Part shown: positions 1-9,937 of the stretch, one piece after another
Position numbering within the stretch: the first letter of the stretch is position 1
How the letters are laid out: each line of letters starts with the position of its first letter
Assembly (NCBI GenBank): GCA_963845065.1
Contig: CAWJQQ010000008.1
Span: 96,001 to 160,000, forward strand
Source: Nitrospirota bacterium
GTDB taxonomy: Bacteria; Nitrospirota; UBA9217
DNA: 64,000 nucleotides
Reading direction: 5' to 3'
Made by a program: the position numbers and the translations under genes
The notes under the pieces: model-generated
Told to the model about the DNA's origin: nothing
Seen by the model: only the letters and a program-made list of their open reading frames with translations
Database searches by the model: none

Positions 1-34
1 TATTTAATCAATTGTTTATGTATTCACAGGGACA

Positions 35-1684
35 ATGAATGCCCTTGCTATCCCGTCTGCCCTCGGGCATAATGATGACATGTTTTTGATCTTCCCCCCT
101 GTTGCAAAGCCCTGCGAGCCCCCTGCCGGCATAGCGAAACTCGCAGGTGCGCTAAAAGCACATGATATTTCATATACAATCCTGGATGCGAATATTGAAG
201 GACTTCTTTTCCTGCTGCAACAACCGAAGTCGGCGCAGGATACATGGACGCGCAGGTCATTAAAAAATATCTCAAATAATCTTACAGCGCTTCGCGGTGC
301 CAACACCTATAGATCACGCAGCCGATATAGTAGTGCCGTTCAGGAGTTGCAACGCGCGATTGAAGTTTCGGTCAAGGATACGAGGGCTGTCCTTGGGCTG
401 GCGGACTATCATGATAATGATCTGTCTCCAGTCCGAAGCGCAGATTTAATTTCAGCAGCCACACATCCAGAAAGAAATCCTTACTTCCCGTACTTCAGCA
501 AGCGGTTGACTAAAATCATCGAAGCGTCCTGCTTTTCGCAGAGACGCTCTTCGATTTTGCGCAGGGCAGATTCCGGATGCAAGGAAGGGCAAAAAGATAC
601 AGTTGATAAGGAACACGAAGCGGGATTTAATGTAGGTTTTTCGCTCAACTATTTGAGCCAGGCACTCACTGCCTTTGCTATGATCGGTTATATTAAACAA
701 CAATTTACGCATGTGAAAATTGTGTTGGGCGGAGGACTAGTCAGTTCATGGATGAAGAGGCCGGGTTTCAAAAACCCGTTTGGTGATCTTGTGGATCATC
801 TTATCTGCGGACCTGGTGAGGTTCCCTTGCTCAGTCTGTTCGACGTCAAGGAACCGAAGCCACATCACGCCACCCCGGACTATTTAGGTTTGCCTCTTCA
901 AGCATACCTATCACCAGGATTTATTCTCCCGTACAGCGGCTCAAGCGGTTGCTACTGGAGGAAGTGTTCCTTCTGCCCGGAGACAGCTGAAGATAATCCT
1001 TACCTTCCCGTCCCGGCAGCACAAGCCATGACCGAACTTCAATCTCTGGTTGCGAATACGCGACCACTCCTGGTCCATCTGCTCGACAACGCAATCAGTC
1101 CTGCGCTCATGCATGAACTATTGCACCATCCTCTTGGCGTCCCGTGGTACGGATTCGCACGGATCAGCAGAGACCTCTTAGATAAAGATTATTGCATGGC
1201 GCTTAAAAGATCGGGCTGTGCAATGCTTAAGCTTGGTTTGGAATCAGGAGACCAGGGAGTTCTCGATGGATTGCAGAAAGGTATCGACCTTGGGGAGGCA
1301 TCGGAGGTCTTGAAAAATCTGAAGAAGGCAGGGATCGCAACGTATATATACCTTCTCTTCGGCACACCGGCAGAGACGATAGCCAAAGCACGCAGGACGC
1401 TCGAGTTCGTTGTCCAGCATGCGGATGCGATTAGCTATCTGAACATCGCAATCTTCAACATGCCCTTGTGCAGCAAAGACGCAGAAACATACGAGACCGA
1501 ACAGTTCTATGATGGAGACCTCTCGCTCTATACAGGCTTCAAACATCCTCTGGGATGGGACCGAAAAATAGTTCGGCAATTCCTGGACACGGAATTTAAG
1601 CGTCACCCGATAATTGCAGCCATCCTCAAAAACGACCCTCCGTTATTCACTTCTAACCACGCGACATTTTTCCAAAAATATTAA
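35..1684 (+). CDS. Radical SAM protein, B12-binding-domain class
   Basis: CxxxCxxC motif GCYWRKCSFC; LGLESG and YLLFGTP motifs; N-terminal PP..PPAGIAKLAGAL and IVLGGG segments typical of the class. True start may be the ATG at 80. Confidence 0.85.
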   Translation: MNALAIPSALGHNDDMFLIFPPVAKPCEPPAGIAKLAGALKAHDISYTILDANIEGLLFLLQQPKSAQDTWTRRSLKNISNNLTALRGANTYRSRSRYSSAVQELQRAIEVSVKDTRAVLGLADYHDNDLSPVRSADLISAATHPERNPYFPYFSKRLTKIIEASCFSQRRSSILRRADSGCKEGQKDTVDKEHEAGFNVGFSLNYLSQALTAFAMIGYIKQQFTHVKIVLGGGLVSSWMKRPGFKNPFGDLVDHLICGPGEVPLLSLFDVKEPKPHHATPDYLGLPLQAYLSPGFILPYSGSSGCYWRKCSFCPETAEDNPYLPVPAAQAMTELQSLVANTRPLLVHLLDNAISPALMHELLHHPLGVPWYGFARISRDLLDKDYCMALKRSGCAMLKLGLESGDQGVLDGLQKGIDLGEASEVLKNLKKAGIATYIYLLFGTPAETIAKARRTLEFVVQHADAISYLNIAIFNMPLCSKDAETYETEQFYDGDLSLYTGFKHPLGWDRKIVRQFLDTEFKRHPIIAAILKNDPPLFTSNHATFFQKY

Positions 1685-2152
1685 CAACCTGTAAAAATAC
1701 ATGGCCCTCTTCTCGTATTGGACAGTCCCATATCGACAATGCACATGGTCCTGTACTGCATTTGTCACCCTTTATTACGAAAGGGCGCATAACAAAGTGG
1801 AGAACACAATGAAGATGCGAAAGATAATCAGTACTGTACAGGTAGGTTTTGTGTCATTCGCCGACGAGTCTTTGGCCCAAACAGAAGGTTGAACCCTTTT
1901 GTTCTTGGTACTGTGCCCAGCAGGGGAACCCTGAGCAGGCTCTGACTACTCTCAAGTCCGTCCTACAAGGACGGTGCTTTAAAATTGCAGGCAGAAAGAT
2001 TAATCAATAATTTTGCTGTGACGTTGCCTCGGCGCTGCTCTTTGACGTTGTAACATATCTCTTCGCTCGGCATGTCCACGTCAAAGATAATTGACTAATT
2101 GTAAGCCTCAAATTACGAAGAAGAATTTTTTCATTCTCCTAATACAAAAGAA

Positions 2153-2167
2153 TTATAATTATTCTCA
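2153..2167. promoter_or_regulatory. Fur/PerR-family operator-like 7-1-7 box upstream of cytochrome c peroxidase
   Basis: TTATAATTATTCTCA has 2 mismatches to the PerR box TTATAATnATTATAA and lies ~120 bp upstream of the peroxidase start. Confidence 0.5.
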
Positions 2168-2285
2168 AATATCTTGTAACACTTTTTTTTTCGGCTATAT
2201 TTAATATGATACGTTCACACTTTTCCCAGACAACGTTATTCGGATTAGTTACATAGAATATGAAGGTCATATAAGGAGGTCTACG

Positions 2286-3356
2286 ATGAACATCAAGAGT
2301 AACACTATGGGCAGGGCTGTCCGGAGAATGGGTTTCGCGCTGATCATGGGCGCAGCTCTCATTTTGAGTGCCATAACCGCGGCTCAAGCAACAGATGCGG
2401 ACACTGAACTGATCAACAGGGCAAGGACAATATTCGGACCTCTGCCCTCCTCGATGCCGTCTCCCGATAATCCTATTACTCCGGAGAAAGTGAAGCTGGG
2501 AAACGCGCTGTTCTGGGAATCCCGCATATCCGTTGACAGGACGATAAGCTGCGCCAAATGCCATCCAATCGGCCTCTACGCAGTTGACGGCCTCCGGAAG
2601 TCACTGGGGAATAACTGCAAAGTCAATCCGAGAAATGATCCGACTATCCTTAATGCAGCCTCTCAGATATCCGAACACTGGATCGGCAACCGTACGAGCG
2701 TCGAGGACCAGGCCAAACAGGCGCTGATCGGCCCGCCTTCTTTTGGCATGCCCAGCTACGAAGCTGTTGAGAAAATTCTCAGGGGGATGAAGGGGTATGC
2801 GTCCATGTTCAAGGAGGCCTTCCCGAACGAGAAAGAGCCGGTGACCGTTGATAATTTCGCGAAGGCAGTCGGAGCATTTGAGCGGACGCTCGTGACGCCC
2901 TCACCTTTCGACGATTTTATGCAGGGCAATGCCGTTGCGCTCACGGAGCAGCAGAAGCGTGGCTTGGCAACCTTTATGGATACCGGCTGTATGACATGCC
3001 ATTTTAGTCCCTACGTGGGCGGCCAGATGTATCAAAAGTTCGGTGTGTTCGAACCCTACTGGAAATATACCGGGAGCCAGGTAATCGACGTCGGCAGGTT
3101 TGAAGTCACCAAGAACCCCTCTGATCAATATGTGTTCAAAATTCCTGTGCTCAGGAACGTGGCACAAACGCCGCCTTATTTTCACGACGGCTCAGTGGAC
3201 AAGCTTGCAGACGCAGTCTTGATTATGGCAAAAATCCAGCTTGCGAAAGATCTGACAAAAGAGCAGGTTGCGAACATTGCAGCATTTCTCTCATCATTGA
3301 CCGGAAGGATCCCCGAAGAGGCGCTTAAGGTGCCGGTGCTTCCATCAGAAGAATAA
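2286..3356 (+). CDS. Di-heme cytochrome c peroxidase (CcpA/MauG family)
   Basis: Signal peptide; two CxxCH motifs (CAKCH, CMTCH); FKIPVLRNVAQTPPYFHDGS motif; AAGGAGG RBS. Confidence 0.92.
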   Translation: MNIKSNTMGRAVRRMGFALIMGAALILSAITAAQATDADTELINRARTIFGPLPSSMPSPDNPITPEKVKLGNALFWESRISVDRTISCAKCHPIGLYAVDGLRKSLGNNCKVNPRNDPTILNAASQISEHWIGNRTSVEDQAKQALIGPPSFGMPSYEAVEKILRGMKGYASMFKEAFPNEKEPVTVDNFAKAVGAFERTLVTPSPFDDFMQGNAVALTEQQKRGLATFMDTGCMTCHFSPYVGGQMYQKFGVFEPYWKYTGSQVIDVGRFEVTKNPSDQYVFKIPVLRNVAQTPPYFHDGSVDKLADAVLIMAKIQLAKDLTKEQVANIAAFLSSLTGRIPEEALKVPVLPSEE

Positions 3357-3522
3357 TAGTAGTGAAAAGTACCTTGAATGGAAGTGGTATGCCAGATAGG
3401 GGAAAATGACAAAAAACATTCATTGAGAAAAAACAGATCGCATATTTAAACGATTTGTCCGCGTTTGTGTCAAATGATAAGGAGCGTTTAAGCATGATAA
3501 GTATTCCAAGAGGTGCGGTTAT

Positions 3523-4017
3523 ATGAATAACAAATTGTTTACTTCACTAGCTATCAGTGCTTTACTGTTGACTGGCAGCCTTATTTTTTCCCCGCAGAGC
3601 TACGCCCAGGTGAATGTTAACATCGGCGTGGGGTTGCCGGGTCTGATGATCCCTGTACCGCCTGCTATGGTCGTAATACCGGGTACCTATGTGTATTATC
3701 CGCCTGATGTTGGAGTCGATATTTTCTTTTACCGCGGCTACTGGTACCGGCCTTATCGCGGGCACTGGTTTATTTCTACGGAGTATAACGGGCCGTGGGG
3801 CGCTGTTGCAAGAGAGCGTGTTCCTGGCGTCCTTATCCGCCTGCCGCATACATACCGCCATGTTTCTCCGGGATACGAACGAATGCCCTACGGCATGGTA
3901 AGGAATAACTGGAGAGCCTGGGAGCGCGACCAGCACTGGGACAGACGTGAGAACAGACATGAGGATAGGGATAGGGAACATCGAGAAGAACGGGGAGAGA
4001 GAAACTACATGCGCTGA
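3523..4017 (+). CDS. Secreted hypothetical protein (Pro/Tyr/Trp-rich, charged tail)
   Basis: Signal peptide ending SYA; VNVNIGVG..P-rich region and YWY motif; GAGG RBS. Confidence 0.7.
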   Translation: MNNKLFTSLAISALLLTGSLIFSPQSYAQVNVNIGVGLPGLMIPVPPAMVVIPGTYVYYPPDVGVDIFFYRGYWYRPYRGHWFISTEYNGPWGAVARERVPGVLIRLPHTYRHVSPGYERMPYGMVRNNWRAWERDQHWDRRENRHEDRDREHREERGERNYMR

Positions 4018-4094
4018 TGAGGCGGCATGTAATGATGCGGTACTTCCGATATCGGGGCAGAGGTAACTCTGACCAGAGCGTTGTTCAGGCGTGA

Positions 4095-5330
4095 CTATAG
4101 TTGATGCACCTTGCCATCAAGGGTGATAAGATCAAGGGATGGGCGGCGGCCGGGAACAGCTACAGCGCTCTTGATAGTGATATCGCCGCGCTTGACGCGA
4201 ACGACGAGCGTGCGCAGGTTCTGGACAGGAATCCGGAGATGTGCCACGCCGTCGATATCGGTGAAGATGCCTTTCTCGATGACACGGTAGCGCAGCGTAG
4301 GAATTGGCTGTGCCTCGAATTCCCACGTAGAGTTGATTTCGTTTGTCGGCAGTCCGAAACTATGAACGCTACCAGTGCACTCGATTTCTCTGACTGGTTT
4401 TGCTATCAGCTCGATATCCACATCAAGCGTGTCCACGATTACCTCGACCTTTTCCGGCACCGTAGGGTAGCCATCAAATTGAATTTGGGCCGACAGATCC
4501 TTGTTAGACGGATTCGCAAAAAGTCCACCACTGATAATCCCTACCCCGAGCAGGCATGAAGCAGCGATCACGGCTGTCTTCAGCCGTGGATTACTTTCAA
4601 TCATTGGGTACATTACTTCACGGGAATCCTCCCGGGCAGGGACCCTGAGAATATAATAGTAGAGTGCGTGAGCCACACCGTAGACTATCAAGCCCGACCA
4701 CACTACATCGGACAAAAAATGCGCACCTGCGACCATCCGGCCAATGCCGAGAAGCGTGCCGAACGTCAAACCGGTTGCTAGTGACGCTACTGCGCGTTTG
4801 GGATGGCTTCTTCGCCAAAGCCACCAGCCCGCCGACATGAGAAAACCCACCGAAGAGTCGCCGCATGGGAAGGACTTGCCGCCGTTGCGTGACGGCACGA
4901 GCGGACGCACATAATCGAACTTGCCGTTGAACTCGATGATCTGGCGCGGTCGAGGCCTGCCCCAATGGTCCTTGAAAACCACATTGATGATGAGGCCTGG
5001 GCCGAGGATCACGCAAAACAGGATGAATAGCCCGTACAATCGTAACCGTTTCGAGCCCTCACGAACTAGTCCAGTGACTATCATAACTACCCCGGCAACA
5101 GCAAAAGACCCGGTTATCCATGGTGTGGCCCGGTAAAGCAGGGACCACAACGGCTCGTTAGCGATGGGCCAAACATCAGCGCTCTCAGGATGAAAGAATG
5201 ACCGTGTCGCGGTAATATCCAGCTGGGAGAATGCAAAAAGAAAGATCGCAAGAAAAGCCAGTGCTACAAGCACAATCAGTTCGGGCAGCCAGTAGCGGCG
5301 ATAGGAGGCGAAAGGTCCCGTGGTGCTCAT
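4095..5330 (-). CDS. PAP2-family membrane phosphatase (lipid A phosphatase-like) with C-terminal soluble extension
   Basis: KDHWGRPRP, SFPCGD and RMVAGAHFLSDV PAP2 motifs; several TM segments. Confidence 0.85.
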   Translation of the reverse strand: MSTTGPFASYRRYWLPELIVLVALAFLAIFLFAFSQLDITATRSFFHPESADVWPIANEPLWSLLYRATPWITGSFAVAGVVMIVTGLVREGSKRLRLYGLFILFCVILGPGLIINVVFKDHWGRPRPRQIIEFNGKFDYVRPLVPSRNGGKSFPCGDSSVGFLMSAGWWLWRRSHPKRAVASLATGLTFGTLLGIGRMVAGAHFLSDVVWSGLIVYGVAHALYYYILRVPAREDSREVMYPMIESNPRLKTAVIAASCLLGVGIISGGLFANPSNKDLSAQIQFDGYPTVPEKVEVIVDTLDVDIELIAKPVREIECTGSVHSFGLPTNEINSTWEFEAQPIPTLRYRVIEKGIFTDIDGVAHLRIPVQNLRTLVVRVKRGDITIKSAVAVPGRRPSLDLITLDGKVHQL

Positions 5331-5594
5331 AGATGCCCTGTCAGTGTGTAGATGGTATATTGGTTCATCGTTATCCTCAGGGTTCTCATGCGAAACAGGC
5401 TAGCGAATGAAGGAATGCATAATATCGGTTTAACGCCGGTCAAGTCAATAGAAAAAGCCCACATATTCAGGCATTCTCGCGTAATTACGAATCATCCGCA
5501 GAAAGCCCGTTGTTTAACCATGAGAATGCATGCGGGAGCTAACTTTATCGATTGATGGACAAATGTTCATCAACATGGTTTTTTTGATCGAGCA

Positions 5595-6140
5595 ATGACA
5601 AGTAAATCCAAAACATTATCTTTTATCCACGAGTTTCAACTCGTGACTACCTCTAAAGACAATCGGAACCTTAATATCCGTGTTAAAGTTGGCCGCAAAC
5701 TGTACAATCCTGTCTTAGCGAAGCGATGAAACGTCTTGCCGCCATGCGCTGGTCCCGAAAATGGCGCATGGCTATTGAGCAGAATCAAAGCAAGCTTCGC
5801 ACCAGAATGTTCAAAGCTGCCAGAAACCTGGCTGCCAAATAAACCCCGAATACCACCTTCATGATTACATTGGTTAGTTTAGAAACTCCTAATGGATAGA
5901 GGCGTGCAAATAAACAGTCTGGCTGCTCAGAAGATAGCATCAAGAGCATATGATGCCGTCGCCGACTAGGAGTTTGGCAAACATGGTAAACTGTCGTACA
6001 AAGCATTTCAGAAACTTATGGCAAAAAGTATATCAAAAGCACTCCAGAGTTTTTTCTCTCGCTGCTTCGCCACCAAGCCGAAAGTGCTGGTGGTAATGTA
6101 ATCGAGTATTCTACAGGAGCGATAAAATTACAAGTTTTTA
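5595..6140 (+). pseudogene. tnpB: Decayed, internally deleted tnpB (IS200/IS605 family)
   Basis: Read across frameshifts and stops: MTSKSKTLSFIHEFQL..GRKLYN..LSEAMKRL..INSLAAQKIASRAYDAV..FGKHGK, then KLSYKAFQK..GKSI..PEFFLSLLRHQAESAGGNVIEYST. These match the TnpB N-terminus and a RuvC-region segment. Confidence 0.7.
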
Positions 6141-6216
6141 AAAGGGGGAGTGAGGCAATGATCACAGGAAAATAGACGAATGGCGCAAAGGAAGAGCCCT
6201 AAATGCGGACCGCTAC

Positions 6217-6921
6217 TTACATCCCCAGGAAGGCTTTTTTTACATGTTGATTGTTCAGCAGCTCATCGCCTTTTCCTGTAAGCACGACTCTCCCGGTTTC
6301 GAGGACATAGGCGCGGTGGGCGATGCGGAGCGATTGGTTGACATTCTGTTCCACAAGAAGAATCGTCACTCCCTGGCGGCTGATTTCGGTTATGATCTCG
6401 AAGATGTTTTTTACAAGCAGCGGTGACAGCCCCAGTGAAGGCTCATCGAGGAGGAGCAGTTTGGGGACGGCCATGAGACCGCGTGCGATGGCGAGCATCT
6501 GTTGCTCGCCGCCGGACAACGTGCCGCCGAGCTGATACACTCGTTCCCTCAAGCGGGGGAACATCGCAAATACCCGTTCCCTGTTCTCATGGCGCTTTCT
6601 CCTAGCATTAACGTTGAAAGAGCCCATTCTCAGGTTCTCTAAGACTGTCATCTGAGGGAATATCTTCCTGCCTTCAGGGACCTGTACTACGCCGAGTGCC
6701 ACGACCTCATGTGCCTCGCATTTCGTCAGATCAATGTCATTGTACGAGATCGTGCCGCGTTCGGGCTTTACGAGCCGAGAAATATTGTTCAGGAGTGTCG
6801 ACTTGCCCGCCCCGTTCGCGCCAACGACCGTAACGATTTCACCTTCCCGAACCTCGAGGTCCACATCCCAGAGCACTTTGAGATCGCCGTAGCTGAAGTT
6901 TAGTTTTTCAATTTTAAGCAT
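6217..6921 (-). CDS. livF: Branched-chain amino acid ABC transporter ATP-binding protein
   Basis: Walker A GANGAGKST; VPEGRKIF; LSGGEQQM; LLDEPSLGL. Confidence 0.93.
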   Translation of the reverse strand: MLKIEKLNFSYGDLKVLWDVDLEVREGEIVTVVGANGAGKSTLLNNISRLVKPERGTISYNDIDLTKCEAHEVVALGVVQVPEGRKIFPQMTVLENLRMGSFNVNARRKRHENRERVFAMFPRLRERVYQLGGTLSGGEQQMLAIARGLMAVPKLLLLDEPSLGLSPLLVKNIFEIITEISRQGVTILLVEQNVNQSLRIAHRAYVLETGRVVLTGKGDELLNNQHVKKAFLGM

Positions 6922-7633
6922 TGCCCTCTCCGAGATAGGCCTGGACGACCATACTGTTGGAGACGATCTCTTGGGGTGTGCCCTCGGCCAGTTTCTCGCC
7001 GGAGTTCAGCACAATAATTTTGTCGGATATACGCATGATTGTTTTCATGTTGTGCTCGATGACTATCTCAGTGATGCCGAGTTTCTTGATGTCGATGATC
7101 AGCTCGACAATCTCCTCGCTTTCCGAGGGGTTCAATCCGCCCATTACCTCGTCCAAAAGCAGTAACTTGGGCCGGGTCGCCAGAACGCGAGCCACTTCAA
7201 GTTTTTTGCGCTCTCCGATGGGGAGGCTGCCGGCGCGGACGTCCAGCCGGTGCTCCATATGAACGACCTTAACCTGTTCCATTGCTATTACTCTCGCCAA
7301 TTTGAGCGAGTTTGTGCGGCATAGGGCACCGACCATGACATTGTCCACCACACTCATCTTAGCGAGCGGTCGAACTTTTTGCCATGTGCGGGCCATGCCT
7401 AGCTTGCATACGGCGTCGGGATGCAGACCGTTCATACGCCGTCCATCGAAGATGATCTCCCCGCGGGAAGGGGGATAATAGCCCGTGATGCAATTAAATA
7501 GGGTTGTCTTGCCTGCGCCGTTAGGACCAATCAGGCCCATTATCATCCCTTGGTTAACTTCGAAAGAAACATCGGAGTTAGCCGCCAAGCCGCCGAAAAA
7601 CTTGCTGACGCGCTTGATCTCGAGAATCGCCAT
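6914..7633 (-). CDS. livG: Branched-chain amino acid ABC transporter ATP-binding protein
   Basis: FGGLAA, GPNGAGKTT, LLDE, IEH and AYLG motifs; ATG at 7633 overlaps the livM stop (TGATG). Confidence 0.92.
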   Translation of the reverse strand: MAILEIKRVSKFFGGLAANSDVSFEVNQGMIMGLIGPNGAGKTTLFNCITGYYPPSRGEIIFDGRRMNGLHPDAVCKLGMARTWQKVRPLAKMSVVDNVMVGALCRTNSLKLARVIAMEQVKVVHMEHRLDVRAGSLPIGERKKLEVARVLATRPKLLLLDEVMGGLNPSESEEIVELIIDIKKLGITEIVIEHNMKTIMRISDKIIVLNSGEKLAEGTPQEIVSNSMVVQAYLGEGNA

Positions 7634-8724
7634 CAAGCCACCCCCTTTCGTTTTTTCGACCAAAGCTTCTTTATGAAGCCTAGCATGCCGTCTGGCATGA
7701 ACATGATGACGACGACAAGCAGGATGCCGTAGATCAGCACATGGGCATGGGACAATTGCTCCTTCAGGAAGGAACCCAGTGCCGATTCCTCTTTGACCAA
7801 TCCGGAGTCAATCAGGGCCTGGGCTATCACGTTGCTGCGTAGGGCTTCCGAAAACGGCACCAGCACCAGCGCGCCGATGACAGGGCCGAGGATAGTCCCA
7901 ATACCACCGATGATGCAGGTCACAACGATTTGGACAGATAGGTCGAGGGCCAGCACCGTGCCAGGGTCAATAAAACCGATATAAAGCCCGAAAAGGCTGC
8001 CAGCAAGGGAGGTGAAAATCGCCGAAATGGCCAGGGCCGCATTCTTGTACATGGTCAGGTTGATGCCCAGCGAATGAGCTGCGTCCTGATCTTCACGAAT
8101 GGCCTGCAAGTAGTACCCTAGTTTCGAATTCTGCACTAGCCAGGTCACAGCAATGACAGCTAGAACCATCACAAGACCGGTGTAGTAAAAGGGCACTTTG
8201 GAAAGGAAATCAGTAATGATCGTGTTGCCGATTTTGAGTGGGGGGATTTCGGTGATCAGGATACCTTCGGCGCCGTTCGTCAGGCCCGTGAGGTTCAGGG
8301 CTGTTACTCGGAATATCTCGGCCACGGCGATGGAAGCGAGGACGAAGTAGGGACCACGCAGACGGAAACAAATAGATCCGATGACCAGACCTACAGCCAC
8401 AGCAACCACGACGCCGACCCAAATACCGTACCAGGGCGCGATGTGTCGGTATTGCAGCAGAATCATCGTCGTGTAGGCGCCCAGGCCGAAATAGGCTGCA
8501 TGGCCTACTGAGTACTGACCTGTGTATCCTCCCAGAATATTCCAGGCCGATCCCGAGACGACGCTGATGAAGATAATGATCATGATGTGGAGAGCATACG
8601 TGCTCGTCACGATTTTCGGCACCAGAAAGAGCAGTACGACCGCGGCAATCGTAAACACGACCCACAGAGTACTGATACCGCGTATGTTGTTTGCGAATGA
8701 TTTCATATTTTTTAATTCGATCAA
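7633..8724 (-). CDS. livM: Branched-chain amino acid ABC transporter permease
   Basis: WNILGGYTGQYSVGHAAYFGLGAY, RLRGPYF and AIREDQDAA motifs. Start could be 8706. Confidence 0.9.
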   Translation of the reverse strand: MIELKNMKSFANNIRGISTLWVVFTIAAVVLLFLVPKIVTSTYALHIMIIIFISVVSGSAWNILGGYTGQYSVGHAAYFGLGAYTTMILLQYRHIAPWYGIWVGVVVAVAVGLVIGSICFRLRGPYFVLASIAVAEIFRVTALNLTGLTNGAEGILITEIPPLKIGNTIITDFLSKVPFYYTGLVMVLAVIAVTWLVQNSKLGYYLQAIREDQDAAHSLGINLTMYKNAALAISAIFTSLAGSLFGLYIGFIDPGTVLALDLSVQIVVTCIIGGIGTILGPVIGALVLVPFSEALRSNVIAQALIDSGLVKEESALGSFLKEQLSHAHVLIYGILLVVVIMFMPDGMLGFIKKLWSKKRKGVA

Positions 8725-8859
8725 TCTTGAATCAAAGTATTATTTGCTACAGCGGATATAGAGAAGAAATATAAAGAAAGATACTCTATTGCTATGAAAC
8801 TACCTAAGCTTTTTTCGGTATGCTTTGTTCTCGCTGTGGCTAAGTTTTTTATTTTCCTT

Positions 8860-9726
8860 TCAGTCCTTAGATGTGCCCAAAAGACCCGAAGGCTTGAACA
8901 GAAGCACCAGCAGGAACAATACGAACACAATGACGTCCTTCCAGCCCGAGCCGAGGTAAACGCCGCCGACGGACTCGGCCACCCCGATGAGCACGCCGCC
9001 GAGCATGGCTCCGACGATGCTGCCCATGCCTCCGAGTACGGTTATCACAAAAGCTTTCAGCGTGAAGACGCTGCCGACCTGGGGGAAAATATAGTAGGTA
9101 GGCGATATGAGCGCGCCCGCGGTCCCGGCCAACGCTGTCCCGATTCCGAAGGCAATGGTCCCCATGCGTTTAACGTTGATACCCATCAACTGTGCCGCCT
9201 CCCGGTCCTGGGCCGTGGCCCTGATCGCCTGGCCAATGTCGGTCCGGTATAGGAACCAGTAGAGTATGGCTGTGATCGCCGCGGTAATGATAAAAGAGTA
9301 CATCAGCGGTTCGGATATCGAGATCCCCATGACGGTATCGCTGCTTGACGAATAGGTTGTGGTTAATATCCGGTAATCCGAAGTGAAGGCAAGCATGACC
9401 GAGTTGCTCATCACAAGCCCCAGTCCGATGGTCAGCAGTATCTGGTTTTGGGGCAAGGCATTGAGCGCACGGTTGATGAACACTTTTTGGAGAAAAGCAC
9501 CAAAGAGGAACATGAGCGGGATGACTACGACGATAGAAACAAAGGGGTCGATGTGCAGGAGGCTGAAAAGAAAATAGGTGGCATACATGCCGAGCATCAA
9601 GAGGTCGCCATGAGCGAAGTTGATAACCCTCATGACACCGAAAATGATGGTCAGGCCAATGCCTATCAGCGCATACACGCCGCCGATCAGGATGCCGCTG
9701 ATCAGTGATTGGAAGAAAACATTCAT
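8860..9726 (-). CDS. livH: Branched-chain amino acid ABC transporter permease
   Basis: YALIGIGLTIIFGVMRVINFAHG, GGMGS and KPSGLLG motifs. Confidence 0.92.
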   Translation of the reverse strand: MNVFFQSLISGILIGGVYALIGIGLTIIFGVMRVINFAHGDLLMLGMYATYFLFSLLHIDPFVSIVVVIPLMFLFGAFLQKVFINRALNALPQNQILLTIGLGLVMSNSVMLAFTSDYRILTTTYSSSSDTVMGISISEPLMYSFIITAAITAILYWFLYRTDIGQAIRATAQDREAAQLMGINVKRMGTIAFGIGTALAGTAGALISPTYYIFPQVGSVFTLKAFVITVLGGMGSIVGAMLGGVLIGVAESVGGVYLGSGWKDVIVFVLFLLVLLFKPSGLLGTSKD

Positions 9727-9885
9727 GAATATCCTACACTGTATAAAGCCGAAAAAATTGCTCAACTCTGAAGATCACGAATTATGTCAGCGAGAACGAT
9801 GAATTCAGGCAACCATTCGAGTGCTTCATGGTCTTCGCTTTCGCCCTTGTTCCTGCGGTTAAGGAGTCTCCGGTGATGAACTGAC

Positions 9886-9915
9886 AAAAAGAGGAGCGGG
9901 CCGGATGCCCGCTCC
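9886..9915 (-). terminator. Intrinsic terminator or stabilising hairpin after livK
   Basis: Stem GGAGCGGGC/GCCCGCTCC followed by a T-run on the minus strand. Confidence 0.6.
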
Positions 9916-9937
9916 CAGTAGTGACGAGCTTTATGAC

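Noticed and set aside
1701..2010. Small ORF 1701-1892 or a degraded secreted-protein gene
   Set aside because: No motif, and broken reading frames make it unidentifiable.
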